From: an uncultured Alphaproteobacteria bacterium
Lineage (GTDB): Bacteria > Pseudomonadota > Alphaproteobacteria > RF32 > CAG-239
DNA: 64,000 nt
Reading direction: 5' to 3'
NCBI GenBank assembly: GCA_910576955.1
Contig: CAJTJB010000005.1
Span: 2,844-66,843, forward strand
The translations under genes and the position numbers were made by a program. Positions 19,304 to 28,733 of the stretch are shown in pieces; within the stretch, counting starts at the first letter, position 1, and each line of letters begins with the position of its first letter. The notes beneath the pieces were generated by a model. It worked only from the letters and a program-made list of their open reading frames with translations, was not told the origin of the DNA and made no database searches.

Positions 19304-19690
19304 TCACGGCTTAACGGTGGTATCAGCATTGAAAGCCGCCCCCAAATATCCCATAGCCCAAACATAATCATTATAATAACGCAATCTATGAGGTCTGACA
19401 AAAGTATGCTTATCCGCCAGACTATTAACAATTAAAAAAGCATTATTTGCCTCTTCGGGTTTTATCGGAAAACACACCTGATACGAATATCCGTCATCCC
19501 ATATATAACGTGGCAAAGCCACCGCATTATCGTTTTTTATGAGATAAATTTTCCGAACATCCGCAAGCTGCACCCTCTCGCTGACTTTGGCAGCCTCCCC
19601 CATCTCATTGCCATTCAAATAGCTTATGCTCATCCTCATATCAGAAGAAACCGGACACGCGGGATTAACTTCTTTTAAAAACACCGGCAT
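19304..19690 (-). CDS. Hypothetical protein
   Basis: 128-aa ORF; no recognisable domain. Confidence 0.35.
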   Translation of the reverse strand: MPVFLKEVNPACPVSSDMRMSISYLNGNEMGEAAKVSERVQLADVRKIYLIKNDNAVALPRYIWDDGYSYQVCFPIKPEEANNAFLIVNSLADKHTFVRPHRLRYYNDYVWAMGYLGAAFNADTTVKP

Positions 19691-19773
19691 ATACGGTGGC
19701 GGCGGAAGAAGAGGGAAAATCCCGACAAAACCGCTGTCTTTCTCTGCAAATCCAAATCGGATATTTTCAACAT

Positions 19774-19980
19774 TTATTGTTTTCTTTTCAGAAACATCCG
19801 TTGTTTTTGATTAGAATATACTTTCCGAAAGTTCAACCCGTCCAACCGAAACATCTCCCGTTCATAGAGCGCTTTGTCGTCAACATCTGAAAAAGTCATA
19901 TACTCGCTGTGTGCCAACACGCTCACACCGCATCCGGAAAGCAAAAGAGGCAAGAAAATAACACTGTTTTTAAAAAACAT
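19774..19980 (-). CDS. Small putative lipoprotein
   Basis: 68 aa; signal peptide with LLLSGC lipobox; stop is 2 nt before the LptF/G-family gene. Confidence 0.4.
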   Translation of the reverse strand: MFFKNSVIFLPLLLSGCGVSVLAHSEYMTFSDVDDKALYEREMFRLDGLNFRKVYSNQKQRMFLKRKQ

Positions 19981-19981
19981 A

Positions 19982-21094
19982 TTATTCTTCTTTATGTAGA
20001 TACACCGACACGCTCAATGACGCCACAATAATTGCCGGCGCCCACACCGCAAACCAAACCGGAATATACGCATTAATGCCAAAAGCAGAAATCACCTGCG
20101 ACGAAAAATATACCGTAAATCCGGTCGTAATTCCGAAAATAATCATCCACAACACACCTCCTTGCCGTTGGCTTGCTTTCAGCGAGAATATGCCCGCCAC
20201 CAACACCATCGCCATAAGCAAGAAAGGCAGCGCCACCAAACTCAAATATCTCATTTTATGCCGTTGTACCGAAAAGCCAGACGCCTCATAAAACTCAATC
20301 GTATCCGGTAAATTCCAAAATGAAATTGCCTCCGGATCAACAAAGTTATCTTTAATCCGCTGCAAATTCATTTCCGTCGGATATTGCAAACTGTTTAAAA
20401 CCTCAACTTGCTGTCCTGTTTTATAGATTCGCACATCGCGCAAATTAAGATTACCCTCCTCAAGCGTTGCAACAAACGCCTCGATTCGCCGTATCACCTG
20501 CGTCCGTTCGTCAACCTCTATAATGCTGACATCGTGCAACCAGAGCACATTTTCTTGCAGATTAAGCCCGTTTGCGTTAATAATAGCCACATTATCCGCA
20601 CTTTTGCCTTCACGAATCCATAACCCTTTGTTCGAAAACAAAAAAGCATTAGGATTATCCGTTGACAATCGGTAAGACAATGTTTCCTTAAGCTCATATA
20701 ATCGCGCAGAAATCGGATTAAGCGCCGCAATCCAAAAAAAGCCGATTCCAAACACCGCCAGCAAAACCGGTGTCAGCACGCCCCAGATAGAAACGCCCGC
20801 CGCCCGAATAATCACAAACTCATTCGTTTTGCTTAATCTCCAAAAAGTTATCATTGTTGAAACCATCACAATAAACGGAATAACTTTATCAACCGTTTCC
20901 GGCAACTTTGCCACCACATATTCAAGCAAAAAGCCGATGGAAACCTCGTGTCTGCCGGATGTTTTTCGTAAAATTTCAATCATATCAAACATCATAATGA
21001 TTGCCGAAATCACCGCCAAAACATATAAAAAGTTCAACACAGTCTGTTTTATAAGATAAGTTCCCAAAATAGAGTTCGGTTTCATCATCGTCAC
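19982..21094 (-). CDS. LPS export ABC permease, LptF/LptG (YjgP/YjgQ) family
   Basis: 370 aa; six TM helices with a large periplasmic loop between TM3 and TM4, typical of the YjgP/YjgQ family. Confidence 0.8.
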   Translation of the reverse strand: MTMMKPNSILGTYLIKQTVLNFLYVLAVISAIIMMFDMIEILRKTSGRHEVSIGFLLEYVVAKLPETVDKVIPFIVMVSTMITFWRLSKTNEFVIIRAAGVSIWGVLTPVLLAVFGIGFFWIAALNPISARLYELKETLSYRLSTDNPNAFLFSNKGLWIREGKSADNVAIINANGLNLQENVLWLHDVSIIEVDERTQVIRRIEAFVATLEEGNLNLRDVRIYKTGQQVEVLNSLQYPTEMNLQRIKDNFVDPEAISFWNLPDTIEFYEASGFSVQRHKMRYLSLVALPFLLMAMVLVAGIFSLKASQRQGGVLWMIIFGITTGFTVYFSSQVISAFGINAYIPVWFAVWAPAIIVASLSVSVYLHKEE

Positions 21095-21100
21095 AAAATC

Positions 21101-22024
21101 CTAAAAATAGCCGGTAGATAAATAGCGGTCAACGCCATCCGGCAAAATAACAATAAAACGCTTGTTTTTAAATTCGCCGCGTTTTGCAAGTTCAAGAGCG
21201 GCTGCCACCGCAGCGCCGGCAGAAATTCCCGCCGGCAATCCCTCGGTTTTCGCCACCAATTTTGCCGTATCAATAGCTTTATCATCGCCGACTTTAACAA
21301 CTTCGTCAACCAGATTTTTATCATAAAACGGCGGCACAAATCCGGCACCGATTCCCTGAATCTTATGAATGCCTTTTTCTTCCCCGCTCAAAACGGCGCT
21401 GCTTTCCGGCTCAACCGCCGCCACAAACAAATCTTGATTATATGTTTTCAAAACCGACGCAATGCCTGTCAAAGTGCCCGATGTGCCGACACCGGCAACC
21501 AACACATCAAAATTTCCACCGGTATCTTCCAAAATCTCAACAGCCGTTCCCATCCGGTGCGCATTCGGATTCGCCTCATTTTCAAACTGGCTTAAAATCA
21601 CCACATTCGGATTCCTCTCTTTCAAGAGTTCCGCTTTATGAATAGCCCCGCTCATTCCATCTTCTTTCGGGGTTAAAATAACTTCCGCCCCCAAATGGCG
21701 CATAAGGCTGATACGCTCTTGCGACATATTCTCCGGCATAACGATAATAAGCTTATACCCTTTTGCCGCGCACATTGCCGCAAGCCCGATTCCCGTATTG
21801 CCGGATGTTGCCTCCACAAACACCGTATCCGGCGAAACGCCTTTTTTCTCTTCCGCCTCAATCATTGCCAATGCGATTCTGTCTTTAATTGAAAAGAGCG
21901 GATTATACATCTCGCATTTTGCCAAAATCTCCGCATTTATCCGCAGTTTAGTAGTGAGCTTTCCCAAACGCAGCAACGGCGTATGCCCAACAAGCTCTAC
22001 GATAGAATTATAAACTTTTTCCAT
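21101..22024 (-). CDS. cysK: Cysteine synthase A (O-acetylserine sulfhydrylase), PLP-dependent
   Basis: 307 aa; PLP-lysine motif FSIKDRIALAMI; TSGNTGIGLA; GIGAGFVP. Confidence 0.85.
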   Translation of the reverse strand: MEKVYNSIVELVGHTPLLRLGKLTTKLRINAEILAKCEMYNPLFSIKDRIALAMIEAEEKKGVSPDTVFVEATSGNTGIGLAAMCAAKGYKLIIVMPENMSQERISLMRHLGAEVILTPKEDGMSGAIHKAELLKERNPNVVILSQFENEANPNAHRMGTAVEILEDTGGNFDVLVAGVGTSGTLTGIASVLKTYNQDLFVAAVEPESSAVLSGEEKGIHKIQGIGAGFVPPFYDKNLVDEVVKVGDDKAIDTAKLVAKTEGLPAGISAGAAVAAALELAKRGEFKNKRFIVILPDGVDRYLSTGYF

Positions 22025-22663
22025 TTATTTATCCTCCAACACCTGCCGAACATACGTTTCAAGCCCGCACAGGTTCTGCTTTTCTGCCCGCGCCGCCAAA
22101 ATAACCGCTTTTGCCTGCATAACAGCCGCATCCAAATCGTCATTTACAATCACATAATCGTAAAACTCACATTCTTTAACACGCTTTTCCGCCATATTCA
22201 TCCGCCGCTCGATAACATCCGCCGCATCCGTTCCGCGGTTAATAAGCCTTTCGCGCAAAACTCTTAACGACGGCGGCACCAAAGCAATCGCCTTAACTCT
22301 GTTTCCGGCCAATTTGCGCAATTGCTGAACTCCCGGATAATCCAAATCTAAAATAACATCCTTTCCGGCGCAAAGCAAATCATCAACCGGCTTTTTAGGC
22401 GTTCCGTATTTCGGACCGAAATCGGAGTCGACATATTCATACAAAGCTTTATCTTGCACTAATTCCTTAAATTTCTCTTCGCTGATAAAATAATAGTCTT
22501 TTCCGTCAACTTCACCCTCGCGCATTCCCCGTGTGGTAACGGATACGGAAAGCTGAATATCATCCAGCTCTTTCAACAATTTTTTAATAACGGAACTTTT
22601 CCCGCCGCCGCTCGGAGCGGAAAAAATAAACATCGTTCCCTGCCTTTGTATCTCTTCGGTCAT
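22025..22663 (-). CDS. gmk: Guanylate kinase
   Basis: 212 aa; P-loop SAPSGGGKSS; GMP-binding TTRGMREGE. Confidence 0.9.
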   Translation of the reverse strand: MTEEIQRQGTMFIFSAPSGGGKSSVIKKLLKELDDIQLSVSVTTRGMREGEVDGKDYYFISEEKFKELVQDKALYEYVDSDFGPKYGTPKKPVDDLLCAGKDVILDLDYPGVQQLRKLAGNRVKAIALVPPSLRVLRERLINRGTDAADVIERRMNMAEKRVKECEFYDYVIVNDDLDAAVMQAKAVILAARAEKQNLCGLETYVRQVLEDK

Positions 22664-22757
22664 AAAAACCTCTCTTCACAGACTTTCTTTACAAATATTT
22701 TACCAACAATATATAACATAAAATGCATAAATAAAGCTTTATTTTAAGGATTAAACA

Positions 22758-23519
22758 ATGATTATCAAAAATATCTTGCTCACCGGTGCCTCTTCGGGCA
22801 TAGGCGAGGCGCTGGCGCTACATTATGCCAAACAACCCGAAACGGAAAACCTTTTTATCTGCGGTCGTAACGAAAAACGCTTAAATGCGGTTAAAAAAGC
22901 ATGTGAAAAAGCCGGCAGTGCCAAAATTCACGCCAAAATTCTTGATGTGTCAGACCGTACCGCAGTTGAGCAATGGATAAACGACGCCGAAAAAACAGCG
23001 TATTTAAATCTTGTTTTTGCTAACGCTGGCGTTGCCACGCTTGAGGAAACGCCTGAAAACATTTTCAACACTTTCAGCATAAACGTAATGGGTGTAATAA
23101 ACACTGTCACCCCTGCTGTTGAGATTTATAAAAAGCGCTCGGATAAAGACAAAATCATCGCCATCACGGCATCAATCGCCGGCTATCACGGGCTGCCCGC
23201 CTGCCCGTCATACAGCGCCTCAAAAGCCTGCGTTAAGGCATATGGAGAGTCGTTGCGCATAAATCTGTTGCCTTATAACATACAGGTAAACACCATCTGC
23301 CCCGGATTCGTCCGCTCCCGCATCACCGACAAAAACACCTGCCCGATGCCATTTTTTATGGAAGCCGCCCCCACCGCAACACTAATTGCCGAAAGAATCA
23401 AGCAAAATGTCGGCTTGATAGCATTCCCTTGGCCGATGCGTTTTGTCACATGGCTGGGCAGCATTTTGCCCAACTGCGTGAGCGATTTTATTTACAAGCG
23501 CCTCCCCTACAAAGTCTAG
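22758..23519 (+). CDS. Short-chain dehydrogenase/reductase family oxidoreductase
   Basis: 253 aa; TGASSGIGEALA Rossmann motif; catalytic YSASK. Confidence 0.8.
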   Translation: MIIKNILLTGASSGIGEALALHYAKQPETENLFICGRNEKRLNAVKKACEKAGSAKIHAKILDVSDRTAVEQWINDAEKTAYLNLVFANAGVATLEETPENIFNTFSINVMGVINTVTPAVEIYKKRSDKDKIIAITASIAGYHGLPACPSYSASKACVKAYGESLRINLLPYNIQVNTICPGFVRSRITDKNTCPMPFFMEAAPTATLIAERIKQNVGLIAFPWPMRFVTWLGSILPNCVSDFIYKRLPYKV

Positions 23520-23553
23520 GGCGATTAAAATCCTGTTTCAGAGCACTTTTTTC

Positions 23554-23582
23554 TTGACTTTTAGGCAATTACCCTCTAAATC
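23554..23582 (+). promoter_or_regulatory. Candidate sigma-70-like promoter upstream of rpsA
   Basis: TTGACT, then a 17-nt spacer, then TAAATC, about 100 nt upstream of the rpsA ATG. Confidence 0.3.
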
Positions 23583-23681
23583 TCAAACAATTCTTTTTGT
23601 GGTGCAGCAAAAGAACCCTTTTTAATATGCACAAGTCCGCCTCTGATTGAGGGTCTGGCATTTTTTGAAAATATAAAAATA

Positions 23682-25364
23682 ATGGCAAATACTGCAGAAA
23701 TTAGAATTCCTGAAATGACTGAAAGCTTTGAAGACCTGCTGAACGAACAATTCGGCGATAAAGGCATTGTCGGCACAGTTATGAAAGGAACTGTTATCCG
23801 TGTAACTGACGACTTCGCAACCGTAGACGTTGGCTTGAAGTCTGAAGGGCGCATTCCGTTGCGCGAATTCGGTAAAAATGACGAATTGAAAGTCGGCGAT
23901 GTTGTAGAAGTTTTGGTTGATAGATACGAAGACAGAGACGGCAACATCGTATTATCTCGTGAAAAAGCTCGCCGTGAAGAAGTATGGCAAGACCTCGAGA
24001 AGATGATGAACAACAATGAAAGAGTAAACGGCGTAATCTTCGGACGCGTTAAAGGCGGCTTTACAGTTGACTTAAACGGCGCTATCGCATTCTTGCCGGG
24101 CTCTCAAATTGATATTCGCCCGATTAAAGACATCTCTCCGTTAATGGGCATTTCCCAGCCGTTCCAGATTTTGAAGATGGATAAGGTTCGCGGAAATATT
24201 GTTGTTTCCCGCCGTGTTGTTCTTGAAGAAACCCGTTCTGCTGCTCGTGCAGAATTGATTGACACCATCAAAGAAGGCTCTGTTTTGGAAGGTATCGTTA
24301 AGAACCTTACTGAATACGGCGCATTCATTGATTTGGGCGGCGTAGACGGCTTATTGCACGTTACAGACATTTCTTGGAAGAGAATCAACCACCCTGCTGA
24401 AGTTTTGACCTTGGGTCAAACCGTAAAAGTTCAGGTTATCAAATTCAACGAAGATACACAGCGCATCAGCCTGGGTATGAAACAGCTTGAAAATGACCCG
24501 TGGCAGGAAGTTGCCGACAAATACAAAATCGGCGAAGTATACAAAGGTAAAGTTACCAACATCACCGATTACGGCGCATTTATCGAACTCGAAGACGGCA
24601 TTGAAGGTCTTGTTCACGTTTCTGAAATGAGCTGGACACGCAAAAACGTACATCCGGGCAAAATCGTTTCCACTTCTCAAGAAGTAGACGTTAAAGTTCT
24701 GGAAGTTGATGCAGACAAACGCCGTATCAGCCTCGGCATCAAACAGTGCACACCAAATCCGTGGGCTGCTTATGTTGAAGAACACCCGATGGGCTCTATC
24801 ATCGAAGGCAAAATCAAAAACATCACCGAATTCGGTTTGTTCATTGGCTTGTCTGATGAAATCGACGGTATGATTCACTTGTCTGATATTTCTTGGGAAA
24901 AATCTGGCGAAGAAGCCGTTAAAGACTACACCAAAGGTCAGACAATCGAAGCTAAAATCATTGATGTTGATGTTGAAAAAGAGCGCATCAGCTTGGGCAT
25001 CAAACAGATGTCTGAAAACAACATCGCCATGACATTGGAAACATTGAAAAAAGGCGACATTGTTAAAGCTGTTGTTACCGGCGCAGATGAAAAGGGCGTT
25101 TCGGTAAACGTTCAGGGCATTGCTGCCACCATCAAAAAGGCAGACTTGTCTAAAGAAAACAACGACCCGATGAGCTACAAAGAGGGTGACATTTTGGAAG
25201 CAAAATTAACCTCCGTAGACCGCAAAAACGCTAAACTCGGCGTTTCTGTAAAAGCTTACGAAATCGAAGAAGAAAAGAAAGCCTTGGAAGAATATTCCAA
25301 TACGCAATCTTCCGGTTCTTCTTTGGGCGAGGCTTTGGGTGCTGCTTTGAAGAACAAAGAATAA
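23682..25364 (+). CDS. rpsA: 30S ribosomal protein S1
   Basis: 560 aa; six tandem S1 RNA-binding repeats (repeated G.V..I...GAFI.L motifs). Confidence 0.95.
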   Translation: MANTAEIRIPEMTESFEDLLNEQFGDKGIVGTVMKGTVIRVTDDFATVDVGLKSEGRIPLREFGKNDELKVGDVVEVLVDRYEDRDGNIVLSREKARREEVWQDLEKMMNNNERVNGVIFGRVKGGFTVDLNGAIAFLPGSQIDIRPIKDISPLMGISQPFQILKMDKVRGNIVVSRRVVLEETRSAARAELIDTIKEGSVLEGIVKNLTEYGAFIDLGGVDGLLHVTDISWKRINHPAEVLTLGQTVKVQVIKFNEDTQRISLGMKQLENDPWQEVADKYKIGEVYKGKVTNITDYGAFIELEDGIEGLVHVSEMSWTRKNVHPGKIVSTSQEVDVKVLEVDADKRRISLGIKQCTPNPWAAYVEEHPMGSIIEGKIKNITEFGLFIGLSDEIDGMIHLSDISWEKSGEEAVKDYTKGQTIEAKIIDVDVEKERISLGIKQMSENNIAMTLETLKKGDIVKAVVTGADEKGVSVNVQGIAATIKKADLSKENNDPMSYKEGDILEAKLTSVDRKNAKLGVSVKAYEIEEEKKALEEYSNTQSSGSSLGEALGAALKNKE

Positions 25365-25385
25365 TTTTATTCTTATAATCCAAAA

Positions 25386-25418
25386 CTCCCTAAACAACAG
25401 TTTAGGGAGTTTTCTTTT
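25386..25418. terminator. Bidirectional rho-independent terminator after rpsA
   Basis: Perfect 10-bp stem ctccctaaac/gtttagggag with a 4-nt loop, followed by TTTTCTTTT and preceded by AAAA. Confidence 0.75.
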
Positions 25419-25439
25419 ATTTAAACACTGTATTTAAAA

Positions 25440-25763
25440 CTATTCGCCGGATTCGGTTTCCTGAATCAGCATATCTTCTTCCACCAACACGGGCTGGCTA
25501 ACAGACGAATCAACCGGAGCAACTTCCACCCCCGGATTATCCGGCAAAGGCTGCATATCGTTATTATTTCCTGCCGGAATGGCAACAGCTGATGCGGTAT
25601 ACGTTTCCATAATCAAAACACCGTTATTTTCAGCATTTTGCGCTGCATTTTTCATTGCTGCATTTGCCGCATTGCTAACCGGAATATCGCCACCGGCAAT
25701 TGCCTGCCCGATCATCAGCGCCAACGCCGCCACGGAAAGGCATCCCATAAAAAATTTATTCAT
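25440..25763 (-). CDS. Small secreted Ala/Asn-rich protein with acidic C-terminus
   Basis: Start at MNKFF; signal peptide ...LMIGQAIA; low-complexity A/N-rich region then an E/D-rich tail. Confidence 0.4.
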   Translation of the reverse strand: MNKFFMGCLSVAALALMIGQAIAGGDIPVSNAANAAMKNAAQNAENNGVLIMETYTASAVAIPAGNNNDMQPLPDNPGVEVAPVDSSVSQPVLVEEDMLIQETESGE

Positions 25764-25836
25764 AACATCCTCCAAAATTAAAATGATACGCCTAACATAT
25801 AATTAGCCATCTAAACATTTCAACTGCCCCTTTTTT

Positions 25837-25872
25837 AAAAAACCAAAAGGGAACAAGCTTACGCTTGCTCCC
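25837..25872 (-). terminator. Rho-independent terminator downstream of OMP paralog 1
   Basis: On the minus strand, hairpin gggagcaagc-gtaa-gcttgttccc followed by UUUUGGUUUUUU. Confidence 0.6.
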
Positions 25873-25898
25873 TTTATAGTGTTAGTCAGTTCCAATTT

Positions 25899-26912
25899 CT
25901 AGAAAGAAGCGGAAACGCCGACTTTGGCGTGACCAGACAATTTAGTCAGGTTCTGCTCCTGCTCCTCACCGTGGTTAACGGAAACAGAGCTGCCGACACC
26001 AAGTTCAGCAAACAGGTTGATATTTTTCCATATAACCTTACTGAAACGAACATCGGCATTCCAGATAAATCCATTATTTTTGGAGCTTATCTGGGCATCA
26101 TCCCTGTCCGTTTTCTGCGACTGATACCCAGCACCGATCATCGGAGCAATGTACCAGTTACGATCTGCAGACTGGAAGACTTTCCATCCCATACGAGCAC
26201 CCAAAGAAAGCTCGGTGTAACGACCAGTGGCCTCGGCTGTGCCGGTGTGCTCTTTAGAACTCATCTCTCCCCACAAACCGAGGATAAGACGATTTCTTTC
26301 GAGCTCTGCGTTAACTCCTACAAGAGGAGTAACGTCACCGCCTTGTGTCCATTTTGCTCCTCCATATAAACCTACAGTCCACCAATTCAGCTTTTTACCA
26401 GCTGCATCGGTGAGCGTGGGCTCATAATAACGGTCAGGGTTGGCTGTCACATCAGCAAGTTGAGCATCGCTCAAATTACTGATATAACCATCCTGCCCGT
26501 GAGAAACCTCTACCTCATCGCTCTCGGGAGCAACGGCAACCACCTGGGGAGCTACGGTCTGTCCTTTAACAACAGAAACGTTGTCAAAGGGTATCTCTTT
26601 CTTGGAAAGAGATGCCACCATAGCCTCGGTCACGCCCTCTCCAGAAAGGAGAGTTTGAAACGCAACCTCTGCTCCCTTAAGGTAAGCCTTGCGGGTTACC
26701 TTAACGGCAGATACGCTACCGGTTGTCCTATTGCGGACGTTAATGCTGGATACACCGACGAGCGTATCAGCAGGGTTTTTCACTAGGATTTCAGCACACG
26801 CCTTCGCGTCAAGTGTGCTTAATCCGTTTACTACCTCCTGTGCGTTGGCGCTACCAGCGGCAAACGCAACCATCATGGCGATGATGGATTTGAAAAAGCT
26901 TGTTGCTTTCAT
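25899..26912 (-). CDS. Outer-membrane beta-barrel protein, paralog 1 (shared N-terminal module, unique C-terminal barrel)
   Basis: 337 aa; signal peptide MKATSFFKSIIAMMVAFAAGSANA; alternating hydrophobic beta-strand pattern; C-terminal Phe (GVSASF). Confidence 0.6.
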   Translation of the reverse strand: MKATSFFKSIIAMMVAFAAGSANAQEVVNGLSTLDAKACAEILVKNPADTLVGVSSINVRNRTTGSVSAVKVTRKAYLKGAEVAFQTLLSGEGVTEAMVASLSKKEIPFDNVSVVKGQTVAPQVVAVAPESDEVEVSHGQDGYISNLSDAQLADVTANPDRYYEPTLTDAAGKKLNWWTVGLYGGAKWTQGGDVTPLVGVNAELERNRLILGLWGEMSSKEHTGTAEATGRYTELSLGARMGWKVFQSADRNWYIAPMIGAGYQSQKTDRDDAQISSKNNGFIWNADVRFSKVIWKNINLFAELGVGSSVSVNHGEEQEQNLTKLSGHAKVGVSASF

Positions 26913-27220
26913 AAGTCTGATTTTTTTATTTTATTTTTTATTTATTTTCAAAGAAATCTAACCAACGCGGAAACATCAGTCAGAACAAAAAACAAAATAA
27001 ACATCTCAAACTATCCCAGAATTAAATAAACATAGTCAAAACCCCTTGGGAACTAACTTTGATAATAACTCTAAAATAATTTGAAATGCCTAATAATGTT
27101 TTTACTACAAACACTATAACATATTTATTTCTTATTTTCAATACTTTTTTCGATATTTCTGTCAATTTGGACTCGGCTAACCTCGCTTTTTTTAAACAAA
27201 TAGACTTTAAATAACGCAAA
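26562..27220. repeat. Direct repeat copy 1 (about 660 bp): 5' 351 nt of OMP paralog 1 plus about 308 nt upstream region
   Basis: Appears identical by inspection to 27989-28650; offset about 1427 bp. Confidence 0.85.
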
Positions 27221-27249
27221 GGGAGCTGAACACAATGTGTTCAACTCCC
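27221..27249 (-). terminator. Rho-independent terminator downstream of OMP paralog 2
   Basis: 14-bp inverted repeat gggagctgaacaca/tgtgttcaactccc (1 mismatch) immediately 3' of the paralog 2 stop on the minus strand; it also marks the exact edge of repeat copy 1. Confidence 0.55.
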
Positions 27250-27262
27250 TTTATCCGATTCG

Positions 27263-28339
27263 TTAGTTCCCATATTGGGAAAGATTGGTCTTACCGAACA
27301 ATGTAATGGGCAAGCTAACGCCAAACTCTAACCCCACATTGTGAGCGTTTGACATATTGTGACGGGTTGCGCCACGAAAATTAGCTTTTGCCCATACCTG
27401 ATAAGCAACACTACCCTGATGGGGACGGAATTCAAAAGTGACTTTTGCCACTCCTGAAAAGTAGTTACCCCAGCTTGACATTTCACCAACAACTTCATCC
27501 TTATCGTTGATAAGGGGAGTTGTTTTGGTCTTCTGCCAAGTGTAGCGCACGCCACCACCTACCCATATACGATAGGTGTCCCATGCTCCAAAAGACAACA
27601 GCTTATAATAAGCCATTGCCTCTGTGGCAACCGTATTGTAACGGTCACCGTCGGCATAGGTTGTCTGCCCCCACTGTCCTCCAACGCTAACGGCAAATTT
27701 CTTGCCGTTATATTGGAGTTCGGCTCCGGCAACGACACCAGCCTTACCATCCTGCAGCGAAACGCCGGCAAGAGGAGCCACACGCAGACCATTCTTATCT
27801 TTGGTCGACGTGGGAACGCTGATGGTGTCACCAGTTGAAGTTGTTACCTCCAACCAACGTGTGTCCTGCGGACCACGGTCTTTGGTGACAACTTCGAGAG
27901 CAGCATTAGCCTCAAGCGCTGCGCGCTTTAAACTTGCCACCTCATCACTCTCGAGAGCAACGGCAACCACCTCGGTAGCAGCAGCTACACCTTTAACAAC
28001 TGAAACGTTGTCAAAGGGTATCTCTTTCTTGGAAAGAGATGCCACCATAGCCTCGGTCACGCCCTCTCCAGAAAGGAGAGTTTGAAACGCAACCTCTGCT
28101 CCCTTAAGGTAAGCCTTGCGGGTTACCTTAACGGCAGATACGCTACCGGTTGTCCTATTGCGGACGTTAATGCTGGATACACCGACGAGCGTATCAGCAG
28201 GGTTTTTCACTAGGATTTCAGCACACGCCTTCGCGTCAAGTGTGCTTAATCCGTTTACTACCTCCTGTGCGTTGGCGCTACCAGCGGCAAACGCAACCAT
28301 CATGGCGATGATGGATTTGAAAAAGCTTGTTGCTTTCAT
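27263..28339 (-). CDS. Outer-membrane beta-barrel protein, paralog 2 (same N-terminal 117 aa as paralog 1, different barrel)
   Basis: 358 aa; first 117 residues identical to paralog 1; divergent Gly/Tyr/Trp-rich beta-strand region; ends ...LSQYGN with no terminal Phe. Confidence 0.6.
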   Translation of the reverse strand: MKATSFFKSIIAMMVAFAAGSANAQEVVNGLSTLDAKACAEILVKNPADTLVGVSSINVRNRTTGSVSAVKVTRKAYLKGAEVAFQTLLSGEGVTEAMVASLSKKEIPFDNVSVVKGVAAATEVVAVALESDEVASLKRAALEANAALEVVTKDRGPQDTRWLEVTTSTGDTISVPTSTKDKNGLRVAPLAGVSLQDGKAGVVAGAELQYNGKKFAVSVGGQWGQTTYADGDRYNTVATEAMAYYKLLSFGAWDTYRIWVGGGVRYTWQKTKTTPLINDKDEVVGEMSSWGNYFSGVAKVTFEFRPHQGSVAYQVWAKANFRGATRHNMSNAHNVGLEFGVSLPITLFGKTNLSQYGN

Positions 28340-28650
28340 AAGTCTGATTTTTTTATTTTATTTTTTATTTATTTTCAAAGAAATCTAACCAACGCGGAAA
28401 CATCAGTCAGAACAAAAAACAAAATAAACATCTCAAACTATCCCAGAATTAAATAAACATAGTCAAAACCCCTTGGGAACTAACTTTGATAATAACTCTA
28501 AAATAATTTGAAATGCCTAATAATGTTTTTACTACAAACACTATAACATATTTATTTCTTATTTTCAATACTTTTTTCGATATTTCTGTCAATTTGGACT
28601 CGGCTAACCTCGCTTTTTTTAAACAAATAGACTTTAAATAACGCAAAATC
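27989..28650. repeat. Direct repeat copy 2 (about 660 bp): 5' 351 nt of OMP paralog 2 plus about 311 nt upstream region
   Basis: Identical by inspection to 26562-27220. Confidence 0.85.
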
Positions 28651-28733
28651 ACCTCAATATCATTCCTCTTTACATTTAAAACAGTATTTGCTAAAATCCC
28701 CAAAGTTTGATTTTTTATTGGAGTGAACGTAAT

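Noticed and set aside
25828-25851. Second possible hairpin ccctttt...aaaaggg just upstream of the OMP1 terminator
   Set aside because: It is A/T-rich, low in stability and overlaps the better GC-rich terminator hairpin. It probably has no independent function.
26913-27262. Small minus-strand ORFs (27022-27219 and 28449-28754) inside the repeated OMP upstream regions
   Set aside because: Their translations are AT-rich and low-complexity. They are identical only because they sit inside the duplicated promoter segment. They are more likely non-coding 5' regions.
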